A stretch of DNA of 64,000 bases from a virus: the UHGV virus genome UHGV-0033085. One strand, given 5' to 3'. The notes below the pieces were generated by a model that had not been told where the DNA came from, ran no database searches, and worked only from the letters and a program-made list of their open reading frames with translations. The position numbers were made by a program, and so were the translations under genes. Positions 19,989 to 30,466 of this stretch are shown piece by piece (position 1 is the first letter of the stretch; the number at the start of each line of letters is the position of its first letter).

Positions 19989-20569
19989 TTCATGTGCAGC
20001 TTGGCGGCCCTATGGCTAAACATTTTGGCCGCCACTGGCATCTAAAGGTGCGCAATACAAAACAGGCTCTGGATTTAATTGAGGCCAACAAGCCTGGGTT
20101 TAAAGCATGGATGAAGCGCAACATCAAAACCTATGACAGATACCACATCCAGATCACCAATAAACAGGGCCACAAGTGGTCTGTGGACGAGAGTGAATAT
20201 CAGATGATGGGGCAGTCTGACAACATAGCCAAAATCCGCATTACCCCTGTTCCGCGAGGAAGCGGCGGTTCTGCTTTTGGGTGGTTTCAGACGGTAGTAG
20301 GAGCCGCTTTGTTGGTTGTATCGGCGGTAATGATGCCCGCTCTTGCGCCTCTCGGTTTGTCACTGATGATGGGCGGTATAGCGCAAATCATATCTCCGCA
20401 AGCCACTAACGAAAGTGTGAGGCAGGCGGATAACTCGAACTCTTATTACTTTGATGGACCTCAAAACACAACAAACCAGGGGAACCCTGTACAGCTTATC
20501 TATGGCGAGGAAATTTTAGTTGGCTCACAGGTCGTGAGTTCTTCTATCACCATCGACCAGCTTATGTAA
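19976..20569 (+). CDS. tail assembly protein (lambda gpI-like)
   Basis: 197-aa ORF with hydrophobic C-terminal segment, position between K-like and J-like genes. Confidence 0.55.
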   Translation: MSELVHVQLGGPMAKHFGRHWHLKVRNTKQALDLIEANKPGFKAWMKRNIKTYDRYHIQITNKQGHKWSVDESEYQMMGQSDNIAKIRITPVPRGSGGSAFGWFQTVVGAALLVVSAVMMPALAPLGLSLMMGGIAQIISPQATNESVRQADNSNSYYFDGPQNTTNQGNPVQLIYGEEILVGSQVVSSSITIDQLM

Positions 20570-20586
20570 TCAAGGATTTTTTGGAC

Positions 20587-23500
20587 ATGGAACAGTTCAA
20601 GAAGAAAAAATTACCGCTTCTTATTGCCGGTGCTGGTGGCAAGAAAAGTAAAAGCTCCAGCCGTACCCCGGTTGAAGCTGATGATACTGTCAATTCTCGT
20701 GCTATGGCAGCCATCCTCGACCTTCTTGGCGAGGGGGTTATCGGTGGCCTGGTAAATGGCGCAAAGTCGATCTTCATCGACGATTTACCGATCTTGAATG
20801 AAGATGGCTCTTCCAACTTCAGCGGTATTACATGGGATTTTCGTGACGGCTCACAAGACCAGACGCCAATGGCTGGTTTTGATTTTGTTGAAACGCCTAA
20901 GTCCGTAAATATTCAGCTTAAAAAAACACACGACGTTACGGTTTCAATCGATAACGATGAATCTGATCGCGTTCGTGTCATCATGAAATTCCCCTCTTTA
21001 CGTAGCGTTGATAAAAGCTCTGGCGATACAAATGGCACTACGGTGAAGTACAAATTCCAGATCGCCAACGGAGACGCAACATTTTCTGATGTGGTTGCAG
21101 AAGGTGAGAAAAGCGTTGATATCACGCTAACGGCAAAGAAAACAGGCGTGTATTACCGTAGCTATGAGCTGAAACTACCTAAGCCTGGTCGTGCATACAA
21201 GGTTAGGGTGATTCGCCTTACAGATGATAACAGTAGCCAGTACCTCTACAACGACACATGGGTTGATTCCATCGGTGAGATTGTCGACACGCCAATGAAC
21301 TACCCTAACTCTGCTCTTGTTGGCTTGAAGGTCAATTCAGAGCAGTTTGGTAGCACAATGCCTTCCCGTTCGTATTTGGTGCGCGGTATCAAAATCCGAG
21401 TACCGTCAAACTACAACGAATACACCAATACTTATGTCGGCGTATGGGACGGTACTTTTAAGCTGTTGTCTTCTTCAAACCCTGCGTGGATTCTCTACGA
21501 TTTGCTTACCAATACTCGGTATGGTCTTGGGCAATTTGTGTCGGAATCCATGATTGACCTCGGCCAGCTCTACCAGATTGGTCGATATTGTGACGAAGAG
21601 GTCGATGATGGCTTTGGGGGTAAAGAGAAACGCTTTGCAATCAATACGCAGATCACCAGTCGACAAGACGCATACCGATTAATTCAGGATATTGCCGGTG
21701 CATTCCGCGGCATGGTGTTTTGGGCTGGTGGCATGGTTAACATCATGCAGGATAGCCCATCAGATCCGGTAATGATGTTTACCAACTCCAACGTCAAAGA
21801 TGGACTGTTTACCTATAAAGGTTCTGCGCGTAAAGATCGCCCATCCGTTGCGCTCGTAACCTACAACAACAAGGAGGACGGTTATAAGCAAAATATCGAG
21901 TACGTTGAAGATCAGGACGCAATGCGCCGTTATGGTGAGCGTAAAACAGAAGTCGTAGCATTTGGATGTACAAGCCGAGGCCAGGCTCACCGAGTTGGTT
22001 TGTGGCTTTTGTATACCGCCAGAATGGAGTCGGATGTAATTACATTTACTGCCGGCTTAGACGCCTCATTTCTGATGCCCGGTGAAACCGTTCTGATTCA
22101 GAACAAATATCGTGCAGGTAAACGTAACTCCGGTCGAATTGTGGAGTTTACCAAAAACAGCATCACTCTCGATGCGCCTGTGTCGTTAGCTAAAAGCGGC
22201 AGCTTTATTCGGATATTGAATCAGGAAGGCAAAATCGTTGAACGCGATGTTCTTGAAACTGGCGAAAACATAACAAAGGTTACGTTTTCAAAAGCCCTGT
22301 CGTCAGCGGAAACGCCTGTTTTGAACGGTGTCTGGACAATTACAGAACCAGATCTCGAACCTATGCGCGTTCGCATCGTTAACATCGCGCAGGGGGAAAC
22401 GCCGGGTAGCTTTGACATCACCGCTGTTGAGAACAATCCGTCTAAATATGAGGCAATCGACAATGGTGCAACGCTGATCCCGCAGAATACGACGGTATTG
22501 GACCCAACTTACTCCAAGCCATCTAATCTGCAAATCACTGAAGGGACTTATCTCTCAAGCCCGGGCAACCTGTCAGTAAAACTGACTGCAACATGGGAAG
22601 GAAAATCTCCAGAGTATTGGATCAGTTGGCGACGTTCTGATGAAAACAATGTATCGAACTGGCAATCGGCGCGTGTAACCGAAGAGCAATACGAAATCGT
22701 TAATGTCGCGGAGAATGGACGCTACGACTTCCAGCTGTATGCGGTTTCATTCAACGGTAAAAAAACAGAGATTATCAGTACCGTTTATCAGGTGTTGGGC
22801 ACAATGACACCGCCGGATGCCCCAACGTCATTAACGGCCGTTGGAGACTATCGTAATGTGATACTGAATTGGGTTAATCCAGATTCGGTAGACCTTGATC
22901 ACATTAATGTTTACGCATCCCAGACCAACAATCTGGATACGGCGAAACTGATCGCAGAGTCTGCAAGCACCACCTTTACACATGCTGGTCTTGGGGATAG
23001 CGAAACGTGGTATTACTGGGTTCGAGCATCGAACAAGCGAGGTATGTTAAGCCCTCCGAACTCAAACTTGGGTACAGAGGCGACAACTCGCGATGTACTG
23101 TCGTTCCTGGCTGGCAAAATTACATCTTCCGAGCTTGGTCAGGCTCTGCTTGAGGACATCAACAGTAAAGCCTCTCAAGAAGCAGTTGACGAGTTAAATG
23201 AGCATATCAACCAGAGCGTCGAATCTTTGGAGGGGTCGGTAAACGACGTTAAGGAAGATATAGCTGAATTAGATAAGCAGTTCAGCGATAACCTCGCGAA
23301 TTTTGAAATAAAATTCAACGAGCGTAGCGATGCTTTGGAGAACGCACAAACCGAGCTTAAAGGTGAGGTTTCGGCAACGATCGACAAGGTCAATGAAGCG
23401 TTTGAAAAAATTGATGCTACTGATGCTGCAATTGTTGAAATCGAAAACACCGTATCTGAACACGATAAAGCTCTCGCTAATACAGTCGAGGCAATAAAGG

Positions 23501-25311
23501 CTGCAAGAGATGAAGCGGCGGCTCTTATTGCTAAGGAAAGCGAGGCTCGTGTAGAAGGTGATGCCGCAAACGCTAAACAACTGGAAGTGTTGCAGTCGAC
23601 GGTAGAGGAAAGTTCCGCAGCTGTTGAAGAAATGAAAAAGACGGTTGCAGAGGTCGATCGTGCCAGTGCAGAACTGACTACGAACATTGAGGCGTTAGCC
23701 AAAACAAATATTGACCTGGCTCTTCGTCAAGATGAAGACCAGCACAAGCAGATGGTCAATAACGCGAAGATCGCAACAACACAGAAAACCTTTGCTGATG
23801 ATATGTCTGCAATGGCCACGAAGGTTGAGGAAATTCGCGTAGAAATTGGCGAAGACATTAAGGCCAGTATTCTGGAAGAGTCCACCGCTCGTGCCGATGG
23901 CGATGAAGCGTTGGCAAAGCGTGTCACTCAGCTGCAATCTAAGTTTGAAGGAGATATCAGCGCGGCGATTAGTACAGAACAGGAGGCTCGTACATCTGCC
24001 GATGAAGCTTTGACGAAACAAATAACTCAGCTTGAGTCGAAAGTAAGCAACGATATTGTCGCAGCCATTAAGGAAGAGCAAGAAGCCCGAGCAACGGAAG
24101 ATTCGGCTCTGGCAAGCCAGATCACCCAACTTCAGGCAAAAGTTGATGATGATATTTCTGCTGCAATACGCAGTGAGCAGGAGGCGCGTGCGAGCGGAGA
24201 CTCTGCGTTAGCTAAACAAATAAACCAGCTTCAAGCAAAAGTTGACGGTGATATATCCGCCGCCATCACTCAGGAGCAGGAGGCCAGAGCAAGTGCTGAC
24301 GAGGCGCTCTCACGAGAAATTAACAGCCTGCGAGCACAGACCGGAACTGATATTGCCGCAGCGGTTGCTGTAGAGACAAAGGCAAGGACTGATGCCGATA
24401 GTGCATTGTCCACTCAGATTACGTCTCTTACAGCAAAAGCTAATGATCTCGAGGCATCTCTTGCCAGAGAAACAACGGCTCGTGCTGATGGTGATACCGC
24501 TTTAACAAAAGAGGTTTCAAGTTTAAAAGCACAGACTGCGAAAGATATTAGTGCGGCCGTTGCAGTTGAAACGCAGGCTCGAACTGATGCTGACTCGGCG
24601 TTATCATCTCAGATCACCAAACTGACCTCTCAATACAAAGAGGATATTAAAGCGGCTGTAGCAACCGAAACGAAAACGCGTACAGAGCAAGATGCGGCAC
24701 TGGCGACTCAAATCACAAACTTAGAGTCTCAAACAGCAGCCAACATTTCTGCGGCGGTCACAACTGAAACGACAGCGAGAACGCAGGCAGATAATGCTCT
24801 AAGTGGGCGAATCGACACTCTGAAAGCAGAGGTGGATGGAAATACCGCGACAATTCAACAGCAGGCAACAGCTATTGCTGATACCAACAAAAAAGTGTCA
24901 ACCGCGTGGACGTTGAAAATGGAGACTTCAACGAGCGGAGGGCAGAAGTATGTTGCTGGTATTGCGCTTGGTATCGACACCACTGGCCTTTCTCAGTTTT
25001 TGGTGCAGGCTGACAGGTTTGGTTTGGTCAACTCTGTTAACGGGAAGATCACCACGCCATTTGTTATCGAAAACAGTATCGCCTATATGAATGGTGCGTA
25101 TATCAAGGATGGCACAATCACCAATGCAAAAGTAGGCGATCTGCAATCTACCAATTTTGTTAGCGGTAGATCTGGATGGCGGTTCGGCAAAAATGGAACG
25201 CTTGAGATCAACGGTAATAGCGGGGGTAATGGGCGACTGGTCATAAATGGTCAGCGGATTGACGTTTATGACGATAACAACGTCCTACGAGTAAGAATTG
25301 GCCTTCTGTAA
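20587..25311 (+). CDS. central tail fibre / host specificity protein (lambda gpJ-like)
   Basis: about 1575 aa; conserved tip-attachment order; internal tandem repeats. Confidence 0.8.
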   Translation: MEQFKKKKLPLLIAGAGGKKSKSSSRTPVEADDTVNSRAMAAILDLLGEGVIGGLVNGAKSIFIDDLPILNEDGSSNFSGITWDFRDGSQDQTPMAGFDFVETPKSVNIQLKKTHDVTVSIDNDESDRVRVIMKFPSLRSVDKSSGDTNGTTVKYKFQIANGDATFSDVVAEGEKSVDITLTAKKTGVYYRSYELKLPKPGRAYKVRVIRLTDDNSSQYLYNDTWVDSIGEIVDTPMNYPNSALVGLKVNSEQFGSTMPSRSYLVRGIKIRVPSNYNEYTNTYVGVWDGTFKLLSSSNPAWILYDLLTNTRYGLGQFVSESMIDLGQLYQIGRYCDEEVDDGFGGKEKRFAINTQITSRQDAYRLIQDIAGAFRGMVFWAGGMVNIMQDSPSDPVMMFTNSNVKDGLFTYKGSARKDRPSVALVTYNNKEDGYKQNIEYVEDQDAMRRYGERKTEVVAFGCTSRGQAHRVGLWLLYTARMESDVITFTAGLDASFLMPGETVLIQNKYRAGKRNSGRIVEFTKNSITLDAPVSLAKSGSFIRILNQEGKIVERDVLETGENITKVTFSKALSSAETPVLNGVWTITEPDLEPMRVRIVNIAQGETPGSFDITAVENNPSKYEAIDNGATLIPQNTTVLDPTYSKPSNLQITEGTYLSSPGNLSVKLTATWEGKSPEYWISWRRSDENNVSNWQSARVTEEQYEIVNVAENGRYDFQLYAVSFNGKKTEIISTVYQVLGTMTPPDAPTSLTAVGDYRNVILNWVNPDSVDLDHINVYASQTNNLDTAKLIAESASTTFTHAGLGDSETWYYWVRASNKRGMLSPPNSNLGTEATTRDVLSFLAGKITSSELGQALLEDINSKASQEAVDELNEHINQSVESLEGSVNDVKEDIAELDKQFSDNLANFEIKFNERSDALENAQTELKGEVSATIDKVNEAFEKIDATDAAIVEIENTVSEHDKALANTVEAIKAARDEAAALIAKESEARVEGDAANAKQLEVLQSTVEESSAAVEEMKKTVAEVDRASAELTTNIEALAKTNIDLALRQDEDQHKQMVNNAKIATTQKTFADDMSAMATKVEEIRVEIGEDIKASILEESTARADGDEALAKRVTQLQSKFEGDISAAISTEQEARTSADEALTKQITQLESKVSNDIVAAIKEEQEARATEDSALASQITQLQAKVDDDISAAIRSEQEARASGDSALAKQINQLQAKVDGDISAAITQEQEARASADEALSREINSLRAQTGTDIAAAVAVETKARTDADSALSTQITSLTAKANDLEASLARETTARADGDTALTKEVSSLKAQTAKDISAAVAVETQARTDADSALSSQITKLTSQYKEDIKAAVATETKTRTEQDAALATQITNLESQTAANISAAVTTETTARTQADNALSGRIDTLKAEVDGNTATIQQQATAIADTNKKVSTAWTLKMETSTSGGQKYVAGIALGIDTTGLSQFLVQADRFGLVNSVNGKITTPFVIENSIAYMNGAYIKDGTITNAKVGDLQSTNFVSGRSGWRFGKNGTLEINGNSGGNGRLVINGQRIDVYDDNNVLRVRIGLL
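23860..24860 (+). repeat. degenerate tandem coding repeats (about 78 bp / 26 aa) inside J-like gene
   Basis: About 12 consecutive units of pattern D.AL..QIT.L..K...DI.AA...EQEAR. Confidence 0.6.
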
Positions 25312-25403
25312 TGTAGAAAAAAATATTTATATCGGTAAAAATAAGTAGGTACATACTTAATGGTGGGCAAGGATAGCCCACCAAATCAAGGAGCATATTC
25401 AAC

Positions 25404-28400
25404 ATGTGGTACAGGGAAGGTACTATCACATTTACACAGGGCAGCAATACTCTGGTTGGGGCAGGGACAGCCTGGAACGTAACAGCTAATGGTGTGTTGC
25501 CGGGGATGATCGTCATTGGCCCCGACAACAAGCTGTATGAGATCAAGCGCGTAACCAGTGATACGAACATTGTTCTCTCAGAACCTTATACCGGCGAAAC
25601 TCAGTCTGAAGTTCCGTGCCGAATCATTACGACCTATGAAGGCGACTTAACACAGTTTAGCGCGCGCTTTACTGCACTAATGTCGCGTATGTCGGCTGAT
25701 TCAAAGTCCATGCGCAGTTGGTTGACTGCTCTGGATGAGGTGACAATCGAGCGTGAAGACGGTACAGAAGTGACCGTTAAGCCGCTAATGCAGATCGTCA
25801 ACGAGCACAACGAAAACGTTGAGTGGTATAAAAATAACACTGACGCGATTAATGCTGCTGGCGACAAAGCTCGTGAGGCGGCGGCCAGTGCTGCCGCAGC
25901 AGCCGAAAGCGCCAATACCGCTGGAGAAAAAGCCTCTCAAGCGTCTCAAAGTGCATCCGCTGCGGCATCTTCACAAAGTGCTGCAAGTGCGAGTGCAACT
26001 GCTGCGAAAAAATCTGAAACGAACGCAGAATCAGCACATCTAGCGGCAGCAGAATCAGCGTCTGTAGCGTCGACCAAAGCATCGGAGGCAGCAACATCTG
26101 CGTCCAGTGCCTCTGCATCTAAGGATGCAGCCAAAGCATCAGAGACTAACGCTTCATCGAGTGCAAACGCGGCTGCATCATTTGCAACAGAAGCTGAAAA
26201 TTCGTCTAAGGCAGCAAAAGCGTCAGAGACAAACGCAAAAGCATCTGAAACGGCAGCCGGGCAGAGTGCATCGTCTGCAAACAGTTCGAAATCTGCGGCA
26301 GAAGCGTCAGCAAGCGCAGCCTCAGCAAGTGCGGATAGTGCTTCATCAAGTGCAACTGCGGCAGGAAAATCTGCGGATAGTGCATCGTCATCAGCGACAA
26401 TAGCTACCACAAAAGCGACAGAGGCGACAAGTCAGGCTACAGCTGCTAAAAATTCAGCATCGGCAGCAAAAACCTCTGAAACAAATGCAAAGGTCTCAGA
26501 AGACAATGCGGCTTCCTCTAAGGCGGCAGCTGCTGAATCTGCAAGTTCTGCGTCTGCATCAGCCACCTCAGCATCCGCTTCAAAAGATGAGGCGACCAAG
26601 CAGGCATCAGCAGCGAAGGGTAGTGCTTCAACGGCATCCACGAAAGCAACAGAGGCGGCAGGTAGTGCGACGGCTGCATCTCAGAGCAAAGCTGCTGCTG
26701 AATCCGCTGCGACCCGTGCAGAAGCTGCCGCTGATCGTGCTGAAGAGATCGCCGGTGCAGTTGCGATGGAAGACGCAAGCCTTACCACCAAAGGTGTTGT
26801 GAAACTTAGCAGTGCTGTCGATAGCACCAGTGAATCGCTGGCCGCAACGCCAAAGGCAGTTAAAGCAGTCAATGACAATGCGAACAGCAGGGTGCCATCT
26901 AACCGAAAAATTAACGGGAAAGCACTGACTGCGGATATCACATTAACGCCGAAAGATATTGGTACTTTAAATTCAATAACGATGTCTTTCTCTGGCGGGG
27001 CCGGGTGGTTCAAACTGGCTACTGTTACAATGCCACAAGCGAGTTCCATCGTTTACATCGCATTGATTGGTGGCGCTGGTTACAACGTCGGCTCCCCACA
27101 TCAGGCAGGCATTTCAGAACTGGTTCTACGAGCAGGCAATGGAAACCCCAAAGGGATTACAGGTGCTTTGTGGAAGCGTACAGCTGTCGGATTAACGAAT
27201 TTCGCCTGGATCAACACATCCGGCGATACATATGATATTTACGTTGAAATTGGCAATTATGCGACGAGTGTAAATATCCATTGGGATTGTACTGCAGATG
27301 CGTCAGTTTCTATTTATACATCGCCAACATATTCAGCGAGTAAGCCTTCCAGCGTTACCGATGGTGTTGTTTATACGATGTATAGCACACATCAGAAACC
27401 TACACCATCAGATATTGGAGCACTGCCAACAACCGGAGGAACAGTTTCAGGTCCGTTGTCTGTTACAGGTGGATTAACTGGTTCATTGAATGGTAATGCA
27501 AGTACAGCCACGAAATTGCAGACGGCAAGATCTATCGGTGGAGTTGTTTTCGACGGTTCTGCAAATATTAACCTTCCAGGTGTAAACACTACGGGTAATC
27601 AGAACACTACTGGTAATGCTGCAACTGCTACAAAACTTCAGACTGCAAGAAAAATATCCGGTGTTCCATTTGATGGTTCTACTGATATCACTTTAACCGC
27701 TGCGCATGTTGCCGCTTTCGCAAGAAGGGCAACAGGGTCATATGCGGATGCTGATGGTGGCGTTCCCTGGAATGCCGAATCAGGCGCTTACAATGTCACC
27801 AGCTCTGGCGAAAGCTATATTCTGGTTAACTTCTATACCGGAGTCGGAAGTTGCCGCACCCTGCAGATGAAGGCACATTACAGAAATAGAGGTCTGTTCT
27901 ACCGTTCTTCAAGAGACGGTTATGGTTTTGAAAGTGGTTGGGAGCAGGTTTACACGACTGGATTTATGCCTCAGCCGGCTGATATAAACGCACCAACCGC
28001 TGCCGCTGGATGGTTAAATAGTGGTAACGGAACGGCATTTACGACTGCTCAATTTATAACTTGGCTAAATAATCAGGGGGCATTTACAAACAAACATTGG
28101 ATCGCACGGTGCTCATGGACTTACGCCAACAATAATTATATAGACGACACTGGTTGCGGTAGGATCGATCTATCTGGTTCCGTGATTGAGGTGTTTAGTA
28201 ATAAGGCAACAAGCCACTACACTATTCGTGTTACAACGACAACAACATCAGGTCATGGTGGTGTTAATAATGCGGAATTTATTTATGTGTACAATGGGAG
28301 TGATTATGCGCCAGGCTGGCGTCGTTCTTATAACACTAGAAACAAACCAACAGCTTCTGATGTAGGAGCATTACCGCTTTCAGGTGGCACATTATCTGGA

Positions 28401-29303
28401 GGGTTGACGTCTTCTGGTGAGATCGTTTCAAAATATGCAAATGGTTTCCGCATTGCTTACGGTAACTATGGGTTCTTTATCCGTAATGACGGCGGAAGCA
28501 CATATTTCATGCTAACAGCATCAGGAGACACATTAGGTTCATGGAACGGTTTGCGACCTATTACAATTAATAATACCAGCGGTGCTGTATCAATTGGTAA
28601 TGGACTAAATGTTACTGGTGGCGTAAATGGTAGTTTGAACGGTAATGCTTCAACAGCCACAAAATTGCAGACAGCAAGGAAAATTGCTGGTGTGGCGTTT
28701 GATGGCTCTGCCGATATTACTTTGACTGCGGCTAACCTTAATGCTTATACGAAAACAGAGGTAACAAACCTTCTAAGTTCCTATGCAAGCAGATCATCAC
28801 TGACAGGCTATAGTGGCAACCTGGATATTATTGCTGAAACACTGGTTGTCAAATCAGGCGGTAGTGGAGGGTTTGCTATATGGGATATTGGCACAACTAC
28901 TAGCGGTGCCAATATGTACATTGATCCAAACCCAGGTATCAATACAGTTTGGCGTTCAACATCTTCAAGGCGCTATAAAAAGGAAATTGAAACATTACAA
29001 GATCGATATGCTGATGAACTTTTGTCATTAAGACCTGTTTGGTATCGTTCAATTTGTCGAGGTGACCGAAAGGATTGGGGGTATTACGGCCTTATTGCTG
29101 AAGAGGTTGGTGAGATTGCCCCGCAATATGTCCATTGGCGTGAACCAACAAATAATGATTCTCCAGAAGATATTTCCTCAAATGGTATGGTCGCTGAAGG
29201 GGTGATGTATGAGCGTTTGGTTGTACCACTCATTCATCATATTCAGCAATTGACCAAAAGGGTTGAGGAGCTTGAAACGAAGTTAAATTCACCTAAAGAA
29301 TAA
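25404..29303 (+). CDS. long tail fibre protein with C-terminal intramolecular chaperone (S74-like) domain
   Basis: Ala/Ser-rich low-complexity shaft; three copies of NGNASTATKLQTAR-type motif; C-terminal YGLIAEEV...P auto-chaperone-like block. Confidence 0.75.
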   Translation: MWYREGTITFTQGSNTLVGAGTAWNVTANGVLPGMIVIGPDNKLYEIKRVTSDTNIVLSEPYTGETQSEVPCRIITTYEGDLTQFSARFTALMSRMSADSKSMRSWLTALDEVTIEREDGTEVTVKPLMQIVNEHNENVEWYKNNTDAINAAGDKAREAAASAAAAAESANTAGEKASQASQSASAAASSQSAASASATAAKKSETNAESAHLAAAESASVASTKASEAATSASSASASKDAAKASETNASSSANAAASFATEAENSSKAAKASETNAKASETAAGQSASSANSSKSAAEASASAASASADSASSSATAAGKSADSASSSATIATTKATEATSQATAAKNSASAAKTSETNAKVSEDNAASSKAAAAESASSASASATSASASKDEATKQASAAKGSASTASTKATEAAGSATAASQSKAAAESAATRAEAAADRAEEIAGAVAMEDASLTTKGVVKLSSAVDSTSESLAATPKAVKAVNDNANSRVPSNRKINGKALTADITLTPKDIGTLNSITMSFSGGAGWFKLATVTMPQASSIVYIALIGGAGYNVGSPHQAGISELVLRAGNGNPKGITGALWKRTAVGLTNFAWINTSGDTYDIYVEIGNYATSVNIHWDCTADASVSIYTSPTYSASKPSSVTDGVVYTMYSTHQKPTPSDIGALPTTGGTVSGPLSVTGGLTGSLNGNASTATKLQTARSIGGVVFDGSANINLPGVNTTGNQNTTGNAATATKLQTARKISGVPFDGSTDITLTAAHVAAFARRATGSYADADGGVPWNAESGAYNVTSSGESYILVNFYTGVGSCRTLQMKAHYRNRGLFYRSSRDGYGFESGWEQVYTTGFMPQPADINAPTAAAGWLNSGNGTAFTTAQFITWLNNQGAFTNKHWIARCSWTYANNNYIDDTGCGRIDLSGSVIEVFSNKATSHYTIRVTTTTTSGHGGVNNAEFIYVYNGSDYAPGWRRSYNTRNKPTASDVGALPLSGGTLSGGLTSSGEIVSKYANGFRIAYGNYGFFIRNDGGSTYFMLTASGDTLGSWNGLRPITINNTSGAVSIGNGLNVTGGVNGSLNGNASTATKLQTARKIAGVAFDGSADITLTAANLNAYTKTEVTNLLSSYASRSSLTGYSGNLDIIAETLVVKSGGSGGFAIWDIGTTTSGANMYIDPNPGINTVWRSTSSRRYKKEIETLQDRYADELLSLRPVWYRSICRGDRKDWGYYGLIAEEVGEIAPQYVHWREPTNNDSPEDISSNGMVAEGVMYERLVVPLIHHIQQLTKRVEELETKLNSPKE

Positions 29304-29363
29304 ACAACTTCAATCGGGGCTGGAACTAAACCAGCCCCTGCTTAAAAGTATAAGGATATATTT

Positions 29364-29618
29364 ATGAGCTATGGTGCACAGGTATGGTCGCCATCAAGAC
29401 AGGAGATGGTCGATGCGTTGGCCCCTGTTTATTACCTCGATTATTTTACTCCCTCTGGTTCTGGAAGTAGAACATATGAGGTTGAGGCGGGATTGGGAAT
29501 CGACTATTACATAATGGACGTAACCAATGGGAAATACACAAGTCTTACGGTTTCTGGAAATACCATTTCATGGTCTGGAGCTAGTGGCAATTTAAACATA
29601 TTGGTTTTTCAAAAATAA
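29364..29618 (+). CDS. hypothetical protein (tail fibre-associated cluster)
   Basis: 84-aa ORF with RBS, TAATG-coupled to next ORF. Confidence 0.35.
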   Translation: MSYGAQVWSPSRQEMVDALAPVYYLDYFTPSGSGSRTYEVEAGLGIDYYIMDVTNGKYTSLTVSGNTISWSGASGNLNILVFQK

Positions 29619-29920
29619 TGTACGGAAGCAAGATATATCGATCTGACGGGAAGGTCTGGATGTCTCCTTCTTTGTCTCCTATCGTTTTTCAGAGAAAGCA
29701 GGTTGTTTCTTTGTCTGGCGGGACAGAGTTTAACACCCAAATATCTCCAGATCGTTCACCGATGATTTTTGTTGCCTATTCGAAAGCTGTTTCATTAATA
29801 GCCAACAGAATAGTGCGTAACAACCAGGTGATTTACAGTTTCGGAGGTCAGGGTAGCGACTCTAGTGCCACGATATACGTATTTTCGAAAGGTATAGCCA
29901 AAAAGAAACTTGGGGCATGA
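29618..29920 (+). CDS. hypothetical protein (tail fibre-associated cluster)
   Basis: 100-aa ORF, translationally coupled. Confidence 0.35.
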   Translation: MYGSKIYRSDGKVWMSPSLSPIVFQRKQVVSLSGGTEFNTQISPDRSPMIFVAYSKAVSLIANRIVRNNQVIYSFGGQGSDSSATIYVFSKGIAKKKLGA

Positions 29921-30225
29921 GTTTTTTCAATGCGCGAGGAGAGGAGATCTATAATACGGCAAATATCCCACTTTCATTTACCTTTCTTAATAATACGGAG
30001 TGGAACAGTTCTGGAGGGCATGTTTTTGATTACCCGCCAGCGATAATCCCAACATATGCAAATGTGTTCGCGGTTCCAGTACCGGGCGGGGCCATGACAA
30101 TGGTTTATGGATATGCGGCATATGGAAATACTGTTAGTTCCATATTCGTAAACCAACTTAATGGCGGCCATAGTTTTAGCGTAAATGGCAGAGTACCGGT
30201 AATAAATAGAAATCTGTATAACTGA
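29917..30225 (+). CDS. hypothetical protein (tail fibre-associated cluster)
   Basis: 102-aa ORF, ATGA-coupled. Confidence 0.35.
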   Translation: MSFFNARGEEIYNTANIPLSFTFLNNTEWNSSGGHVFDYPPAIIPTYANVFAVPVPGGAMTMVYGYAAYGNTVSSIFVNQLNGGHSFSVNGRVPVINRNLYN

Positions 30226-30235
30226 TGAGTAAACG

Positions 30236-30466
30236 ATGAAAAGATTATTTCTAACAATAGCTGTTGTTCTCTCTCTTACTGGCTGTCAGAAATTGCCGAC
30301 ACCCATATGTTATGGTGAGGCTATCATTGGTGGACAGGAGACAGTCATACCTATATATGCTGTTAAAAAGGTTAACGGCTATACCTTATACAAAGCGGGT
30401 AGCATCTATAACTGGCGATGGGTTGGAGTAGGTGCTTTCTCATCAGTGCGTTGCAATGCTGAATGA
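30236..30466 (+). CDS. small lipoprotein
   Basis: Signal peptide MKRLFLTIAVVLSLTGC with lipobox LTGC. Confidence 0.5.
   Translation: MKRLFLTIAVVLSLTGCQKLPTPICYGEAIIGGQETVIPIYAVKKVNGYTLYKAGSIYNWRWVGVGAFSSVRCNAE

Noticed and set aside
23175-24129. Minus-strand ORFs 23175-23702 and 23695-24129 inside the J-like gene
   Set aside because: They overlap the tandem-repeat region of a strongly supported + strand gene; Ser/Ala-rich translations typical of antisense artefacts
25946-26802. Numerous long ORFs in alternative frames and on the minus strand across the Ala/Ser-rich part of the tail fibre gene (e.g. 25946-26410 -, 26107-26403 +, 26485-26802 +)
   Set aside because: Low-complexity GC-rich repeats keep several frames open; they lie entirely inside the well-supported fibre gene and lack RBS, so treated as artefacts
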